NCBI GenBank assembly: GCA_041659065.1
Contig: JBAZYY010000004.1
Location: 2,406 to 66,405, forward strand
Direction of reading: 5' to 3'
From: Parcubacteria group bacterium
GTDB taxonomy: Bacteria > Patescibacteriota > Minisyncoccia > Moranbacterales > UBA11712
DNA: 64,000 nucleotides
In this document: positions 8,597-18,516 of the stretch, in pieces
Numbering within the stretch: the stretch's first letter is position 1
Layout: every line of letters begins with the position of its first letter
Translations under genes and position numbers: made by a program
Notes under the pieces: model-generated
The model's database searches: none
What the model was told of the DNA's origin: nothing
The model's input: only the letters and a program-made list of their open reading frames with translations

Positions 8597-11527
8597 TTAT
8601 TTCAACACTTCCTTCAAAAACTTTCCCGTATAACTTTCTTTATCATACTTCACCACTTCTTCCGGTGGGCCGGTGACGACGACTCGGCCGCCTTTGTCTC
8701 CGCCTTCAGGGCCAAGATCGATAATCCAATCAGCTGTTTTGATGACATCCATATTGTGCTCGATGACAATCACTGTGTTCCCCGCGTCCACTAAGCGGTG
8801 CAAAACGTCCAACAGTTTTTTTACGTCGTCAAAATGGAGTCCTGTTGTCGGCTCATCTAGAATATACACGGTGTTCCCTGTCATGCGCCGCGAGAGTTCT
8901 GACGCCAATTTGATCCTTTGCGCTTCCCCGCCCGAAAGAGTCGTCGCCGACTGACCGAGGTTGATGTATCCCAGCCCAACTTCGTTCAAAACTTTTAAGG
9001 CTTCGTGGATCTTCGGATAGTTTTCAAAAAATTCCACCGCTTCCGCGACCGGCATTGCTAAGACGTCGGCAATATTTTTTCCTTTGTATTTTACCTGCAA
9101 AGTTTCGCGATTGTATCTTTTTCCATGGCAAACATCGCACGGCACGAAAACATCCGGCAAAAATTGCATTTCCACTTTGATGAAGCCCTCTCCGCGGCAA
9201 TTGTCGCAGCGTCCGCCATTCACATTAAAAGAAAACCTGCCCGGGCCATATCCTCTTTCGCGCGCATCCTTTGTGAGCGCGAACAGTTCCCGGATATTTG
9301 TGAAAAATCCGACATATGTCGCGGGATTCGACCGCGGCGTTCTTCCGATTGGCGACTGATCGATGTGAATAACCTTATCCACATATTGCATCCCAAGAAT
9401 TTCTTTGTGTCGGCCTGGCCGCTCGAGCGACCGCATAATTTTCGACGATAAGCCTTTATATAAGATTTCCTGCACGAGCGTTGATTTTCCGCTCCCGGAA
9501 ACTCCCGTCACGACAGTCAGAACTTTCAGCGGAAAATCCACCGTCACGCTTTTGAGATTGTGCTCCGTCGCTCCTTTCACCGTCAGCCATTTTTTGTTCC
9601 GGATCGGCCGTCTGGTTTTTGGAATCCCAATTTCCAAATCTCCGCGCAAATATTTTCCCGTAATCGAATCCTTGGCATTTTCAATATCCTTGACTGATCC
9701 TTCAGCAATCACTTTTCCCCCGAGTCTCCCCGCTCCTGGACCGATATCAACCAAATGATCAGCGGCGCGGATCGTTTCTTCGTCGTGCTCAATCACTATC
9801 ACAGTGTTCCCAAGGTCTCTCAATTTGAGCAATGTTTGCAGTAATTTCGTATTGTCCCGCGCATGAAGCCCGACCGAGGGTTCGTCGAGAATATATAGAA
9901 CGCCCACGAGCTGAGATCCAATTTGAGACGCAAGCCGGATTCTTTGCGTTTCTCCTCCCGCAAGCGTATTTGCTGATCTTCCGAGAGTTAAATAACCCAA
10001 GCCGACGTTATCCAAAAAATGCAAACGGCTGTGGATTTCTTTCACGATTCTCTCCGCGATCAGTTCTTCGCGCTGGCTCAACTTAAGGTTGTGAAAAAAT
10101 TTCAGTGATTCCATCACAGGGAGACTCGATATTTCATAGATGTTCTTGTCACCTACGGTTATCCAGAGCGCTTCCTTTTTATATCTCGAACCTTTGCAAG
10201 TCGGACAAACATTTGGCGACATATATTTTTCGATATCTTCCCGCACCGCTTCTGATTCGGTTTTGAAATAGCGATCGCGCATAAAACCCAAAATTCCATT
10301 CCACTCGACGTCGAAAGTCCAGACAGTCCCGGTCTTCGTTCGCATTCTCACCCCGACCATATCTGGCTCTTCGTCGCCATGCAATAAAATATTTTGATGT
10401 TTCTCGCTTAAATCCCTAAATCTGACATTGTCAGGTATGCGGTAATAATTAGTCACAGCCCGCAATATGGATCCTTGATAGTTATTCGGTTTGTAGCTCC
10501 AAGGCATGATCGCCCCTTCCGCGATCGTGCGGGTTTTGTCGGGAATCACAAGATTCGGATCAATTTCTTTTTTCGTTCCGAGCCCTTCGCACGTCAGGCA
10601 CGCTCCCTGCGGACTGTTGAAAGAAAATAATCTAGGCTCAATTTCCGGAAAAACCACCTCTTCGTGATCAGGACAGGAAAGATTTTGATTGAATACTATT
10701 TCACTACTCTCGTCTTTCTTTTGGATTTTAGATTTTTGATTTGATTTGACGCTTGGATTTTGAAATTTGGATTTTATCTTAACTAGCCCTTGCGAAAGCC
10801 GCAGCGCCTTTTCCACGCTCTCAAAGATTCTGGTTAAATTTTTGTCGCTGATCTCCACTTCGTCGATTCTGATATCGATGCTGTGTTTTTTGTATCGCGC
10901 AAGCGAGAGTCCTTGCTTGGCTTTTTCGGTGAGATCTATTTTTTTCCCATCGACATACGCCTCTGAAAACCCACGCTTCCACATCTCGCCAAGTAGCGTT
11001 GAATATTCCCCTTTCCGCTCGCGGACGACTGGAGAAAGTATTTCAATTTTCGTTGGAGGTTCGACCTCCCTTTTGGAGGTCGAACCTCCACAACCTGCGC
11101 ACAAATCAATGATTCGATCCACAATTTCATCAATCGAAAGCTTCCGAATCTCTTTCCCGTCAATCGGACAATGCGCCACGCCGATTTTGGCAAAAAGAAG
11201 CCGCATATAATCGTGAATCTCCGTCACTGTTCCAACGGTCGAGCGCGGATTATGCGAAGCGGATTTTTGATCGATGGAAATGGCCGGGCTCAAGCCTTCA
11301 ATAGAGTCAACATCTGGCTTTTCCATTTGTCCCAAAAATTGCCGGGCATAGCTCGAAAGGCTTTCTAAATACCTTCTCTGCCCCTCGGCAAAAATGGTAT
11401 CAAAAGCCAGAGTCGATTTTCCCGACCCGCTGATTCCAGTGAACACGATAAACTTTCCCCGCGGAAGTTCGAGGTTGATGTTTTTTAAATTATGCTCTCT
11501 AGCGCCACGTATAATTATGCTATTCAT
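8597..11527 (-). CDS. uvrA: Excinuclease ABC subunit A
   Basis: Two ABC modules (GISGSGKSTLAFDTIFAEGQRRY; GVSGSGKSTLV) and zinc-finger Cys pairs; 976 aa. Confidence 0.95.
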   Translation of the reverse strand: MNSIIIRGAREHNLKNINLELPRGKFIVFTGISGSGKSTLAFDTIFAEGQRRYLESLSSYARQFLGQMEKPDVDSIEGLSPAISIDQKSASHNPRSTVGTVTEIHDYMRLLFAKIGVAHCPIDGKEIRKLSIDEIVDRIIDLCAGCGGSTSKREVEPPTKIEILSPVVRERKGEYSTLLGEMWKRGFSEAYVDGKKIDLTEKAKQGLSLARYKKHSIDIRIDEVEISDKNLTRIFESVEKALRLSQGLVKIKSKFQNPSVKSNQKSKIQKKDESSEIVFNQNLSCPDHEEVVFPEIEPRLFSFNSPQGACLTCEGLGTKKEIDPNLVIPDKTRTIAEGAIMPWSYKPNNYQGSILRAVTNYYRIPDNVRFRDLSEKHQNILLHGDEEPDMVGVRMRTKTGTVWTFDVEWNGILGFMRDRYFKTESEAVREDIEKYMSPNVCPTCKGSRYKKEALWITVGDKNIYEISSLPVMESLKFFHNLKLSQREELIAERIVKEIHSRLHFLDNVGLGYLTLGRSANTLAGGETQRIRLASQIGSQLVGVLYILDEPSVGLHARDNTKLLQTLLKLRDLGNTVIVIEHDEETIRAADHLVDIGPGAGRLGGKVIAEGSVKDIENAKDSITGKYLRGDLEIGIPKTRRPIRNKKWLTVKGATEHNLKSVTVDFPLKVLTVVTGVSGSGKSTLVQEILYKGLSSKIMRSLERPGRHKEILGMQYVDKVIHIDQSPIGRTPRSNPATYVGFFTNIRELFALTKDARERGYGPGRFSFNVNGGRCDNCRGEGFIKVEMQFLPDVFVPCDVCHGKRYNRETLQVKYKGKNIADVLAMPVAEAVEFFENYPKIHEALKVLNEVGLGYINLGQSATTLSGGEAQRIKLASELSRRMTGNTVYILDEPTTGLHFDDVKKLLDVLHRLVDAGNTVIVIEHNMDVIKTADWIIDLGPEGGDKGGRVVVTGPPEEVVKYDKESYTGKFLKEVLK

Positions 11528-11623
11528 ACTTTAATGCTATTACTTGCCCCGTAGCCAACGCAAAGCGTTATATTTCGGGGTGTTCACACGCTCCCCTGAT
11601 TATTATCTTATCCATAAAGTTTC

Positions 11624-11666
11624 CCTAAGATGACATCTTAGGACGCCCCTGAGATGCTATCTTAGG
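11624..11666. promoter_or_regulatory. Candidate operator: perfect palindrome CCTAAGATG-a-CATCTTAGG plus a related half-site 9 nt downstream, between divergent uvrA and a small ORF
   Basis: The 19-nt palindrome at 11624-11642 and GAGATGctATCTTAGG at 11651-11666 both share an AGATG..ATCT core. They lie about 100 nt upstream of the uvrA start. Confidence 0.35.
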
Positions 11667-11817
11667 AATCGTCCGAATGCAAAAATTCCCCATTTTGGGG
11701 CAACCTGTATAGTAATACCTCTCGGTTAATAAATCAATTTCAATATTTGCTTAGAAAGGCATGAGCAAATATAATAGTTGATAGGGATTATTACAATTAT
11801 TTGCAGGAGGAGAGCAA

Positions 11818-12134
11818 TGACTCGAATAAACGGCTCTTTGTACAAGCATCTGGGTCAAAACATATCTTCTTTCAGCGCGTTATGCCCGCTGGGACATCTG
11901 AAATCCGTCTTAACTGAAGAAGGTTTTATAAAATTAGAAAATATTAAAGACTTCTTCAATCAAGTTTGGAAAATGATGTACGAATTCGGCTATGGTGATA
12001 AATTTGTGTCCAAAAACCTAGCTAATATCAATATTGATATGTTCTATTTCGTCATTATCGCGCTAAACAAAAGATATAAAAATTCTTTGCGATGGGAAAA
12101 ATTAAAATGGCCTCTCTGGGAAATTAAAACCTAA
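11818..12134 (+). CDS. Hypothetical protein (105 aa)
   Basis: GGAGG SD 7 nt before the ATG at 11818 (MTRINGSLYKHLGQ...). It is divergent from uvrA. No family recognised. Confidence 0.45.
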
Positions 12135-12177
12135 GGGCGTGCCTTTTGCGATGTGTTCTTTTCGCTAAGATACAAAA

Positions 12178-14139
12178 CTATCCCATCTGCAATTTCCGCA
12201 ATTGCACAATCTCATCCCGAATCACCGCCGCTTTTTCGAATTCCAAATTCCTCGCGGCGGTTTTCATTTCCGATTCTTTTTGCTTGATATATCCCTCAAT
12301 ATCCTCGAGTGATTCGAGATTCACGAATTCCTGGGGCATTTCGGGTTTGAGCTCATGATCAACGATCGACTCGATCTTTTTCTTGATTGTTTTCGGCGTG
12401 ATATGGTGCTTTTTGTTGAACGCCGTTTGCGTCGCGCGCCGGCGGTTGGTTTCGTCGATTGCTCTTTTCATCGAACCGGTGACATGATCGGCATAGAGAA
12501 TCACCCGCCCGGCAATGTTCCTCGCCGCCCGGCCGATCGTTTGGATGAGCGAAGTTTCACTGCGCAAAAATCCTTCTTTGTCCGCGTCGAGAATTGCGAC
12601 GAGCGACACTTCTGGCAAATCCAAGCCCTCACGGAGCAAATTTACACCGACAAGCACATCAAATTTCCCGCGCCGCAAATCCTCGAGAATATTCACCCGC
12701 TCAATCGTCGCCACGCCTGAGTGCAGATATTCCGCCTTGATCTCGCTTTCTTTGAGATAATCCGAAAGATCTTCCGCCATTTTTTTGGTGAGAGTTGTGA
12801 TCAAAACGCGCTCTTTTTTCTTCACCACTTTCGCCACTTCTGCCATCACGTCTTTCACTTGGCCTTTCGCCGGTCGCAAAACCAATTCCGGATCGATGAG
12901 GCCCGTCGGACGGATGATTTGTTCGACGATTTGAGCGGAATTTTTTCGTTCGTACTCCGACGGAGTGGCCGTCGTGAAAATAACCTGATTGATTTTTTGC
13001 TCGAATTCCGGAAATTTGAGCGGCCGGTTGTCATAGGCGCTTGGCAGACGAAAACCGTTTTCAATGAGCGCCGTTTTTCGGGCCCGATCACCGTTGTACA
13101 TCGCATTCAGCTGCGGCACCGTCACATGCGACTCATCGATCACGATCAAAAAGTTTTTGGCGAAATAGTCGATGAGCGTATGCGGCGGCTCCCCTGCCTG
13201 GCGCCCGGTCAGATATCGGGAATAGTTTTCGATCCCGTTGCAATAGCCAACCTCGCGCATCAGCTCAAGATCTTGTTTTGTCCGCCGCCACAGTCGTTCC
13301 GCTTCCAGAAGCTTGTTGTTTTTTCGAAAATACGCCACCCTTTCTTCAAGTTCTTTTTCGATGTCTCCAAGCGCGTCTTGCATGACCGGTTCTGGCACAA
13401 CAAAATGTTTGGCGGGATAGATCAGAGTTGTGTCCAGTTTTCCCAATACTTCGCCGGTCAATAAGTCGTATTCGGATATTCTGCGCGCGATGCCATCCTT
13501 GACCTCGATTCTGATCACAACTTCTCGCGAAGGAGTGACGACCTCAATATTCTCCCCTGTCACGCGAAATCTTCCGCGCAGAAGCACTTCCGAACGAATA
13601 TAATGCATGGAAGTGAGCCCGCTGATAATTTCCTGCCGGTCCAGCTTGTCTCCGACATTAATCTTCACGGAAGTTTCCTCATAATATTCCGGCGAACCCA
13701 AGCCGTAGATGCAGGAAACAGATGCCACGATAATCGTGTCTTTGCGCGAAAGCACCGCCGCCGTGGCCGCGTGGCGCAAGCGATCGATTTCGTCGTTGAT
13801 ATCGGCTTCTTTTTCGATGTAAGTGTCAGTTGAAGCAATGTAGGCTTCCGGCTGGTAATAATCGTAGTAAGAAACGAAATATTCCACCGCGCTCTTCGGG
13901 AAAAAAGTCCGGAATTCCTGGGCCAATTGCGCCGCAAGTGTTTTGTTGGGCGCGATCACTAGTGTCGGCCTTTGTATGTTCTCGATCACATTCGCCATCG
14001 TAAAAGTCTTCCCCGATCCGGTCACGCCGAGCAGAGTTTGGAATTTGTCCCCGCGCTGAAGACCGGCGGTCAATTGCTTGATTGCCTTGGGCTGATCGCC
14101 ATCGGGACTAAATTTTGAGTTGATCTTAAATTTAGACAC
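12178..14139 (-). CDS. uvrB: Excinuclease ABC subunit B
   Basis: Helicase motifs LGVTGSGKTFTMA and DESH. UVR domain at the C-terminus (EFEKAAVIRDEIVQLRK). Confidence 0.95.
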   Translation of the reverse strand: MSKFKINSKFSPDGDQPKAIKQLTAGLQRGDKFQTLLGVTGSGKTFTMANVIENIQRPTLVIAPNKTLAAQLAQEFRTFFPKSAVEYFVSYYDYYQPEAYIASTDTYIEKEADINDEIDRLRHAATAAVLSRKDTIIVASVSCIYGLGSPEYYEETSVKINVGDKLDRQEIISGLTSMHYIRSEVLLRGRFRVTGENIEVVTPSREVVIRIEVKDGIARRISEYDLLTGEVLGKLDTTLIYPAKHFVVPEPVMQDALGDIEKELEERVAYFRKNNKLLEAERLWRRTKQDLELMREVGYCNGIENYSRYLTGRQAGEPPHTLIDYFAKNFLIVIDESHVTVPQLNAMYNGDRARKTALIENGFRLPSAYDNRPLKFPEFEQKINQVIFTTATPSEYERKNSAQIVEQIIRPTGLIDPELVLRPAKGQVKDVMAEVAKVVKKKERVLITTLTKKMAEDLSDYLKESEIKAEYLHSGVATIERVNILEDLRRGKFDVLVGVNLLREGLDLPEVSLVAILDADKEGFLRSETSLIQTIGRAARNIAGRVILYADHVTGSMKRAIDETNRRRATQTAFNKKHHITPKTIKKKIESIVDHELKPEMPQEFVNLESLEDIEGYIKQKESEMKTAARNLEFEKAAVIRDEIVQLRKLQMG

Positions 14140-14312
14140 AGTTTTTTACTGGCTTGCTTACCCGCCAAAGCCTTGGCGAAGGCGGAAATTTTGAGGATAT
14201 TTTAAATTTCATGTCCAATTATTATATACGCTCAAAAATAAAAAGTCCATTGCTCATAGCAAAGTAAGGAGGAATTACGTATAATAAAACAGTAAGCAAA
14301 TATATTAAAAAT

Positions 14313-15428
14313 ATGCAATTCAAAAACCCCAAATTAACCAAACGCAGACGAATCACCATCGCAGCCTCATCCATAGCCATCGCGCTCTTGGCCGGCATGC
14401 TGATTGATTTTTTTGAATCGAAGAACGAAACAAGTCCTTTGATTGGCGCGCAGGAAAATGTCATTTTACTGTCCCCAAAGGGTCCGACAACAATCGTGGA
14501 AAAAACCGATACGGGAGCCGATTTTTCAGCCATTGATTCGTCGCTTGCCGATAGGCTTGGGCTTCAGCGCAACAAGCTCAAACGCCGGGTCATCAGCGCC
14601 ACCGGAGTCCAAGTCCGAGAAACGGTAAACGCGGAGTTTATCCTGGGAAACCAGACCATCAGTTCCATCCTTTCGGTCGCCGACCGCTCCCAGCTCAACA
14701 CGGACATGATTGTCGGGCGACAAGACCTCTTGGGATTCACGATTGACCCGGCCCGCCAGTTTCTGAACGAACCAAAAGTCCCCAGCAACCAAAAATTTTC
14801 TTGGGCTATGCTCATTGCCCGCTCCGCCAACCGAGCCGTAAGCAAAACTATTCTCATAATTCCCATTCTGGGAGCGCTAGTTGTTTTGCTTAATCTTATG
14901 GGAGGAATCAAAACATTTGGCATATTCGCTCCCGTCGTAATTGCCCTGTCATTGATTTTGATGTCCCCTAACATTATTCAGGGGATTTTGATATATATTT
15001 TTCTCATTTCTATTGGCACCGCCTTTAAAATCCTCCTTTTTGACCGGCTCGAGCTGCCGCACATCGCCGAAATGTCACTTATCATGTCCGCCGTAGTGCT
15101 CACTCTCGTGGCTTTTTCTTTTCTTCCGCTTGGATTTCAAATTGCCGTCACCACCGTTTTCTTTCCGCTAATTATCACAACTCACATCATTGAAAGATTT
15201 TCCAAAACCGTAACTGAACATCGAATTGGAGACGCTATTTTCCTGACTGTCGAAACCTTGGCTGTTGCTATTGTGCTAACTTTCATCGGCAGTTATCTCA
15301 TCACACAATCCTACGGAGCGATTTGGATAACATTTGCTATTGCGATCCTCATCGCTATTGCTGTTGGCTATTACAGCGGAATGCGGCTGACAGAATTCTT
15401 CCGCTTTAAACTTTTGCAAAAAAAATGA
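14313..15428 (+). CDS. Fusion of a retropepsin-like (RimK-associated 'ATP-dependent zinc protease', PF05618-like) domain to a ~6-7 TM membrane domain
   Basis: N-terminal TM, then KTDTGADFSAIDSS ... ADRSQLNTDMIVGRQDLLGFTIDP (DTGA-type aspartic protease signature). The C-terminal 230 aa are polytopic hydrophobic. The stop overlaps the next start (ATGA). Confidence 0.55.
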   Translation: MQFKNPKLTKRRRITIAASSIAIALLAGMLIDFFESKNETSPLIGAQENVILLSPKGPTTIVEKTDTGADFSAIDSSLADRLGLQRNKLKRRVISATGVQVRETVNAEFILGNQTISSILSVADRSQLNTDMIVGRQDLLGFTIDPARQFLNEPKVPSNQKFSWAMLIARSANRAVSKTILIIPILGALVVLLNLMGGIKTFGIFAPVVIALSLILMSPNIIQGILIYIFLISIGTAFKILLFDRLELPHIAEMSLIMSAVVLTLVAFSFLPLGFQIAVTTVFFPLIITTHIIERFSKTVTEHRIGDAIFLTVETLAVAIVLTFIGSYLITQSYGAIWITFAIAILIAIAVGYYSGMRLTEFFRFKLLQKK

Positions 15429-16291
15429 AAACTCTTTCCGAAAAATTATTTTCCCGCCATAAAATTCCGCTTGGGATGAACCTTCGCAATTATCTGATCC
15501 GGGAATACAACTCCTTCGAGTCACTTGATCTTGCGAAAGACAAATCCGGCGCCAAGCGGCTTTTTTCGGAGCATGGCATTATTACCCCGAAAACTTTTTT
15601 TGAAATAAAAAGTTTCTCTGATCTTAGTAAAATTTCTCTTTTCCCCGATGAATTTGTGATAAAACCGTCCCGCGGCTTCGGCGGTAACGGAATTATGGTA
15701 CTTCAAAAAAACAGCCAAGGTTTTCTGGATCCATCGGGAGAAGTTTTTTCAGAAAATAAAATTCGAAAACACATTCGAAAGATATTGGACGGTGAATTTT
15801 CCGGACACAAGGAAGAAGACGTCGCGATCGTTGAGGAAAGAATTTTTGCCTCGCCCAAAATAACTTTCAAAGAATCCGCCGGTCTCCCTGACATTCGTAT
15901 TTTTTGCGTGAACTATGTTCCGGTGATGGCTATGATGCGGCACTCGACTAAGGCCACTCGCGGACGAGCCAACCTGACGGTCGGCGCCATCGGGATCGGG
16001 ATCGACGTTGAAACCGGAAGAGTGACTCACCTTTTTTCCAAAAAAGAAGAACGCGAATTCAAACTTTCGGATTTTGATATTCCGGAAAACTTCCGCGTTC
16101 CTCATTGGAAGCAGCTGATAGAGGCCTCTATAGAAGCTTCTAAGCTTTCCCAGCTTTCTATTTCAGGCGTGGATCTCATCATCGATCGCAATGACCGAGT
16201 CGTCCTAATTGAAATCAACGGCCGTCCGGGCATCGAAATCCAAAACGTGAACAAAAAATCTTTGCTGGAAAGCATGAGGCTTCTTTCATAA
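15425..16291 (+). CDS. RimK-related ATP-grasp ligase (alpha-L-glutamate ligase-like)
   Basis: ATP-grasp signatures FVIKPSRGFGGNGIMV and DLIIDRNDRVVLIEINGRPG. Translationally coupled to the upstream protease/7TM gene. Confidence 0.7.
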   Translation: MKTLSEKLFSRHKIPLGMNLRNYLIREYNSFESLDLAKDKSGAKRLFSEHGIITPKTFFEIKSFSDLSKISLFPDEFVIKPSRGFGGNGIMVLQKNSQGFLDPSGEVFSENKIRKHIRKILDGEFSGHKEEDVAIVEERIFASPKITFKESAGLPDIRIFCVNYVPVMAMMRHSTKATRGRANLTVGAIGIGIDVETGRVTHLFSKKEEREFKLSDFDIPENFRVPHWKQLIEASIEASKLSQLSISGVDLIIDRNDRVVLIEINGRPGIEIQNVNKKSLLESMRLLS

Positions 16292-16312
16292 TATATATAT
16301 TGAATAAAAAAA

Positions 16313-16358
16313 GGGTTGCGACGAACATCTGAATCGCAACCCTGCTTTGATTTTTTTT
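16313..16358. terminator. Bidirectional rho-independent terminator
   Basis: aaaaaaaGGGTTGCGAcgaacatctgaaTCGCAACCCtgctttgatttttttt between convergent genes. Confidence 0.6.
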
Positions 16359-16375
16359 AGCCACACTCGTCCTTC

Positions 16376-16843
16376 CTAAGGACGGTGAGCCTTGAGAATG
16401 GCCGCAACTTTTTTGGTGGCGTCCTTTTCCAAGATGCGCAGCTTACTCTCAACTAGCCGTATTTCCAACATGGCAACGCCAAGGATTTTTGCTGCCCTGA
16501 CGTAAGCCACTGCCACATCCGTGGGGTTAATGTTGAGGAAATGGGAACTTGAGTCGAAATACTCGAGGCCCTGAAGACCCAGTTCCCGCTTGATGTCTCG
16601 AGCCAACTCTCCCTGGTATTGACCGGCACAAAGTGCGGGCAAAGCGATGGAGAGACTTCCCTGCCCGCAATGGCAGGTCACTTTCACTTCTCTGGGAAGA
16701 TTGAGGCTCGTGGCAGTTTTAGAGTCGTTGGGGATGTTGAGGATCTCAAAAATCGCACCGAGATCTTCAAAACTCTCCAAAAGTTCCTGAAAAAAAATCT
16801 GACATTGCGGCAATATTGCCGAGCCGGCTCCAGCTTCAGTCAT
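16376..16843 (-). CDS. Hypothetical protein with HCGQGS...C motif (~155 aa)
   Basis: ATG at 16843 with GGAGG SD (MTEAGAGSAILPQ...). Contains VKVTCHCGQGSLSIALPALCAGQ. Any FmdE/V4R-like assignment is a guess. Confidence 0.45.
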   Translation of the reverse strand: MTEAGAGSAILPQCQIFFQELLESFEDLGAIFEILNIPNDSKTATSLNLPREVKVTCHCGQGSLSIALPALCAGQYQGELARDIKRELGLQGLEYFDSSSHFLNINPTDVAVAYVRAAKILGVAMLEIRLVESKLRILEKDATKKVAAILKAHRP

Positions 16844-16963
16844 AATGAACCTCCTTCGAATGTGCTCCTGAATTGTGTTTTTTTTAGCATGAAATAAGAA
16901 AACAATCAAATTTTTAGGTTGCACTTGCTTGAAAGAATTATTCTATAGTGATATAGTGATAGT

Positions 16964-18193
16964 ATGTTCAAACGTGGAATTGCGACATTCACTCTCGACT
17001 ACGGCAAGTGCCCCAAATGGCTCTTCGAGCGGATGGTGAAACTGGGACGGGAGATGGCGCGGGTGATCATCGCCGAGTACGGGCCGGACGAATTTGTGAA
17101 ACGGATTGCCGATCCGGTCTGGTTTCAAGCGCTCGGGACGGTGCTGGCTTTTGACTGGAACGCTTCGGGGCTCACAACAATTTTGACTGCAGCTCTGAAG
17201 GAAGCGATTCGCGGGGAAGAAAAAGATTTGGGAATATATATCTGCGGCGGAAAAGGAAAGACTTCCCTCAAAACGCCGGAGCAAATTTCCCTCTTTGGCG
17301 CTCGAGCTGAGCTCTCGCAGGAAAAAATAAATTCATTGGAATACAATTCCCGCATGGCGGCGAAAGTCGATTCTTCGCTTGTCCAGGATGGGTTTCAAAT
17401 TTATCATCACTCGTTTTTCTTTTCCCGCAACGGTGCCTGGGCCGTCGTCCAACAGGGCATGAACGAAAAAACAGTGACAGCAAGACGTTATCACTGGTTT
17501 TCGGACACGGCTCGGAATTTGGTGATGGAACCACACAGCGGGATAATTTCCGACGGACAGCATGCCGGACTCAACATGGCTGCGAAAGAAAGCGAAAATA
17601 CCCAAAAAATCAGCACGGAACTTGTCCAGGGAAGCTATAATACTTTGATGAAAGATTTTCAATTATTGAGCAAATATACCGCCGCTCGGAAGTTGGACTT
17701 CCATTATGGAAGTCCAACTTCCATCCTGCGGAAATATTCAACGCCGCAAAGCGACGTCATTTCTGTCGAGAATAAATGTCAGGAATTCACCAAGCTGCAT
17801 CTTCACGACCGCGATTACAAGGTTCTTCCGGTTGTCGCGGAAGATTTTTCGAAGAGCAAGTATTTGCAGAAAATTCTTTACGAAGTTTCGGAGATAAAAC
17901 CGAAAAATTATGAGCAGCTTTTATCATTGAAAGGTGTCGGACCGAAGACAATTCGCGCTCTCGCTCTCACCGCGGAGGTAATTTATGGCGCAAAGGCTTC
18001 CTATGAGGACCCAGCCCGTTATTCCTTCGCCCACGGCGGAAAAGACTTCATCCCCTATCCCGTCGACCGGCCGACCTACGACCAGACCATTGCGACCATG
18101 CGCCAACTTGCCTCCAAGATGAAAATTGGATATAGTGAAAAAAATAAGATATTAGAAAGGTTTGGCTATGGAAATTATGAAGCCAGAAATTGA
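16964..18193 (+). CDS. Conserved hypothetical protein, DUF763-like by recollection, with C-terminal helix-hairpin-helix
   Basis: N-terminus MFKRGIATFTLDYGKCPKWLFERMVKLGREMARVIIAEYGPDEFVKRIADPVWFQALGTVLAFDWNASG matches my recollection of DUF763 proteins. An HhH motif LKGVGPKTIRALALTAEVIYG lies near the C-terminus. Confidence 0.5.
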   Translation: MFKRGIATFTLDYGKCPKWLFERMVKLGREMARVIIAEYGPDEFVKRIADPVWFQALGTVLAFDWNASGLTTILTAALKEAIRGEEKDLGIYICGGKGKTSLKTPEQISLFGARAELSQEKINSLEYNSRMAAKVDSSLVQDGFQIYHHSFFFSRNGAWAVVQQGMNEKTVTARRYHWFSDTARNLVMEPHSGIISDGQHAGLNMAAKESENTQKISTELVQGSYNTLMKDFQLLSKYTAARKLDFHYGSPTSILRKYSTPQSDVISVENKCQEFTKLHLHDRDYKVLPVVAEDFSKSKYLQKILYEVSEIKPKNYEQLLSLKGVGPKTIRALALTAEVIYGAKASYEDPARYSFAHGGKDFIPYPVDRPTYDQTIATMRQLASKMKIGYSEKNKILERFGYGNYEARN

Positions 18194-18467
18194 CGCTGAT
18201 CAATTTCAACAATTAGTAGTCGAAGGCACTGAACAAGTATCCTCTTGGTTAATGAAAGAAAGTATTTCCCAGAAGAACCCTGATTATGGCAAACTTATTG
18301 GATCTTTCATAAGAATATATTTATCCAATAGGAAACTTGTTGCAAGCTCGGCAAGACAGCCCGGAGGTCAAGCTGGATTAATTTATCAGGCTATCTACAG
18401 CAAATTAAATCCAACAAAGCAACGAAAACCGAAAATAGCTGAGGACCCTTTTTCCCAAAAATTGTAA
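18162..18467 (+). CDS. Hypothetical protein (101 aa)
   Basis: ORF overlapping the end of the previous gene; followed by a terminator. No family recognised. Confidence 0.35.
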   Translation: MAMEIMKPEIDADQFQQLVVEGTEQVSSWLMKESISQKNPDYGKLIGSFIRIYLSNRKLVASSARQPGGQAGLIYQAIYSKLNPTKQRKPKIAEDPFSQKL

Positions 18468-18484
18468 GTACGAGAAACAAAAAA

Positions 18485-18510
18485 GCCGGTCGATTTTGAC
18501 TGGCTTTTTT
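18485..18510 (+). terminator. Rho-independent terminator
   Basis: GCCGGTCgattttGACTGGCtttttt. Confidence 0.5.
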
Positions 18511-18516
18511 GATGAA

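Noticed and set aside
12355-13464. Plus-strand ORFs (121-247 aa) inside uvrB
   Set aside because: They are antisense to uvrB. The Arg/Phe-rich translation is typical of a reverse frame in an AT-rich gene.
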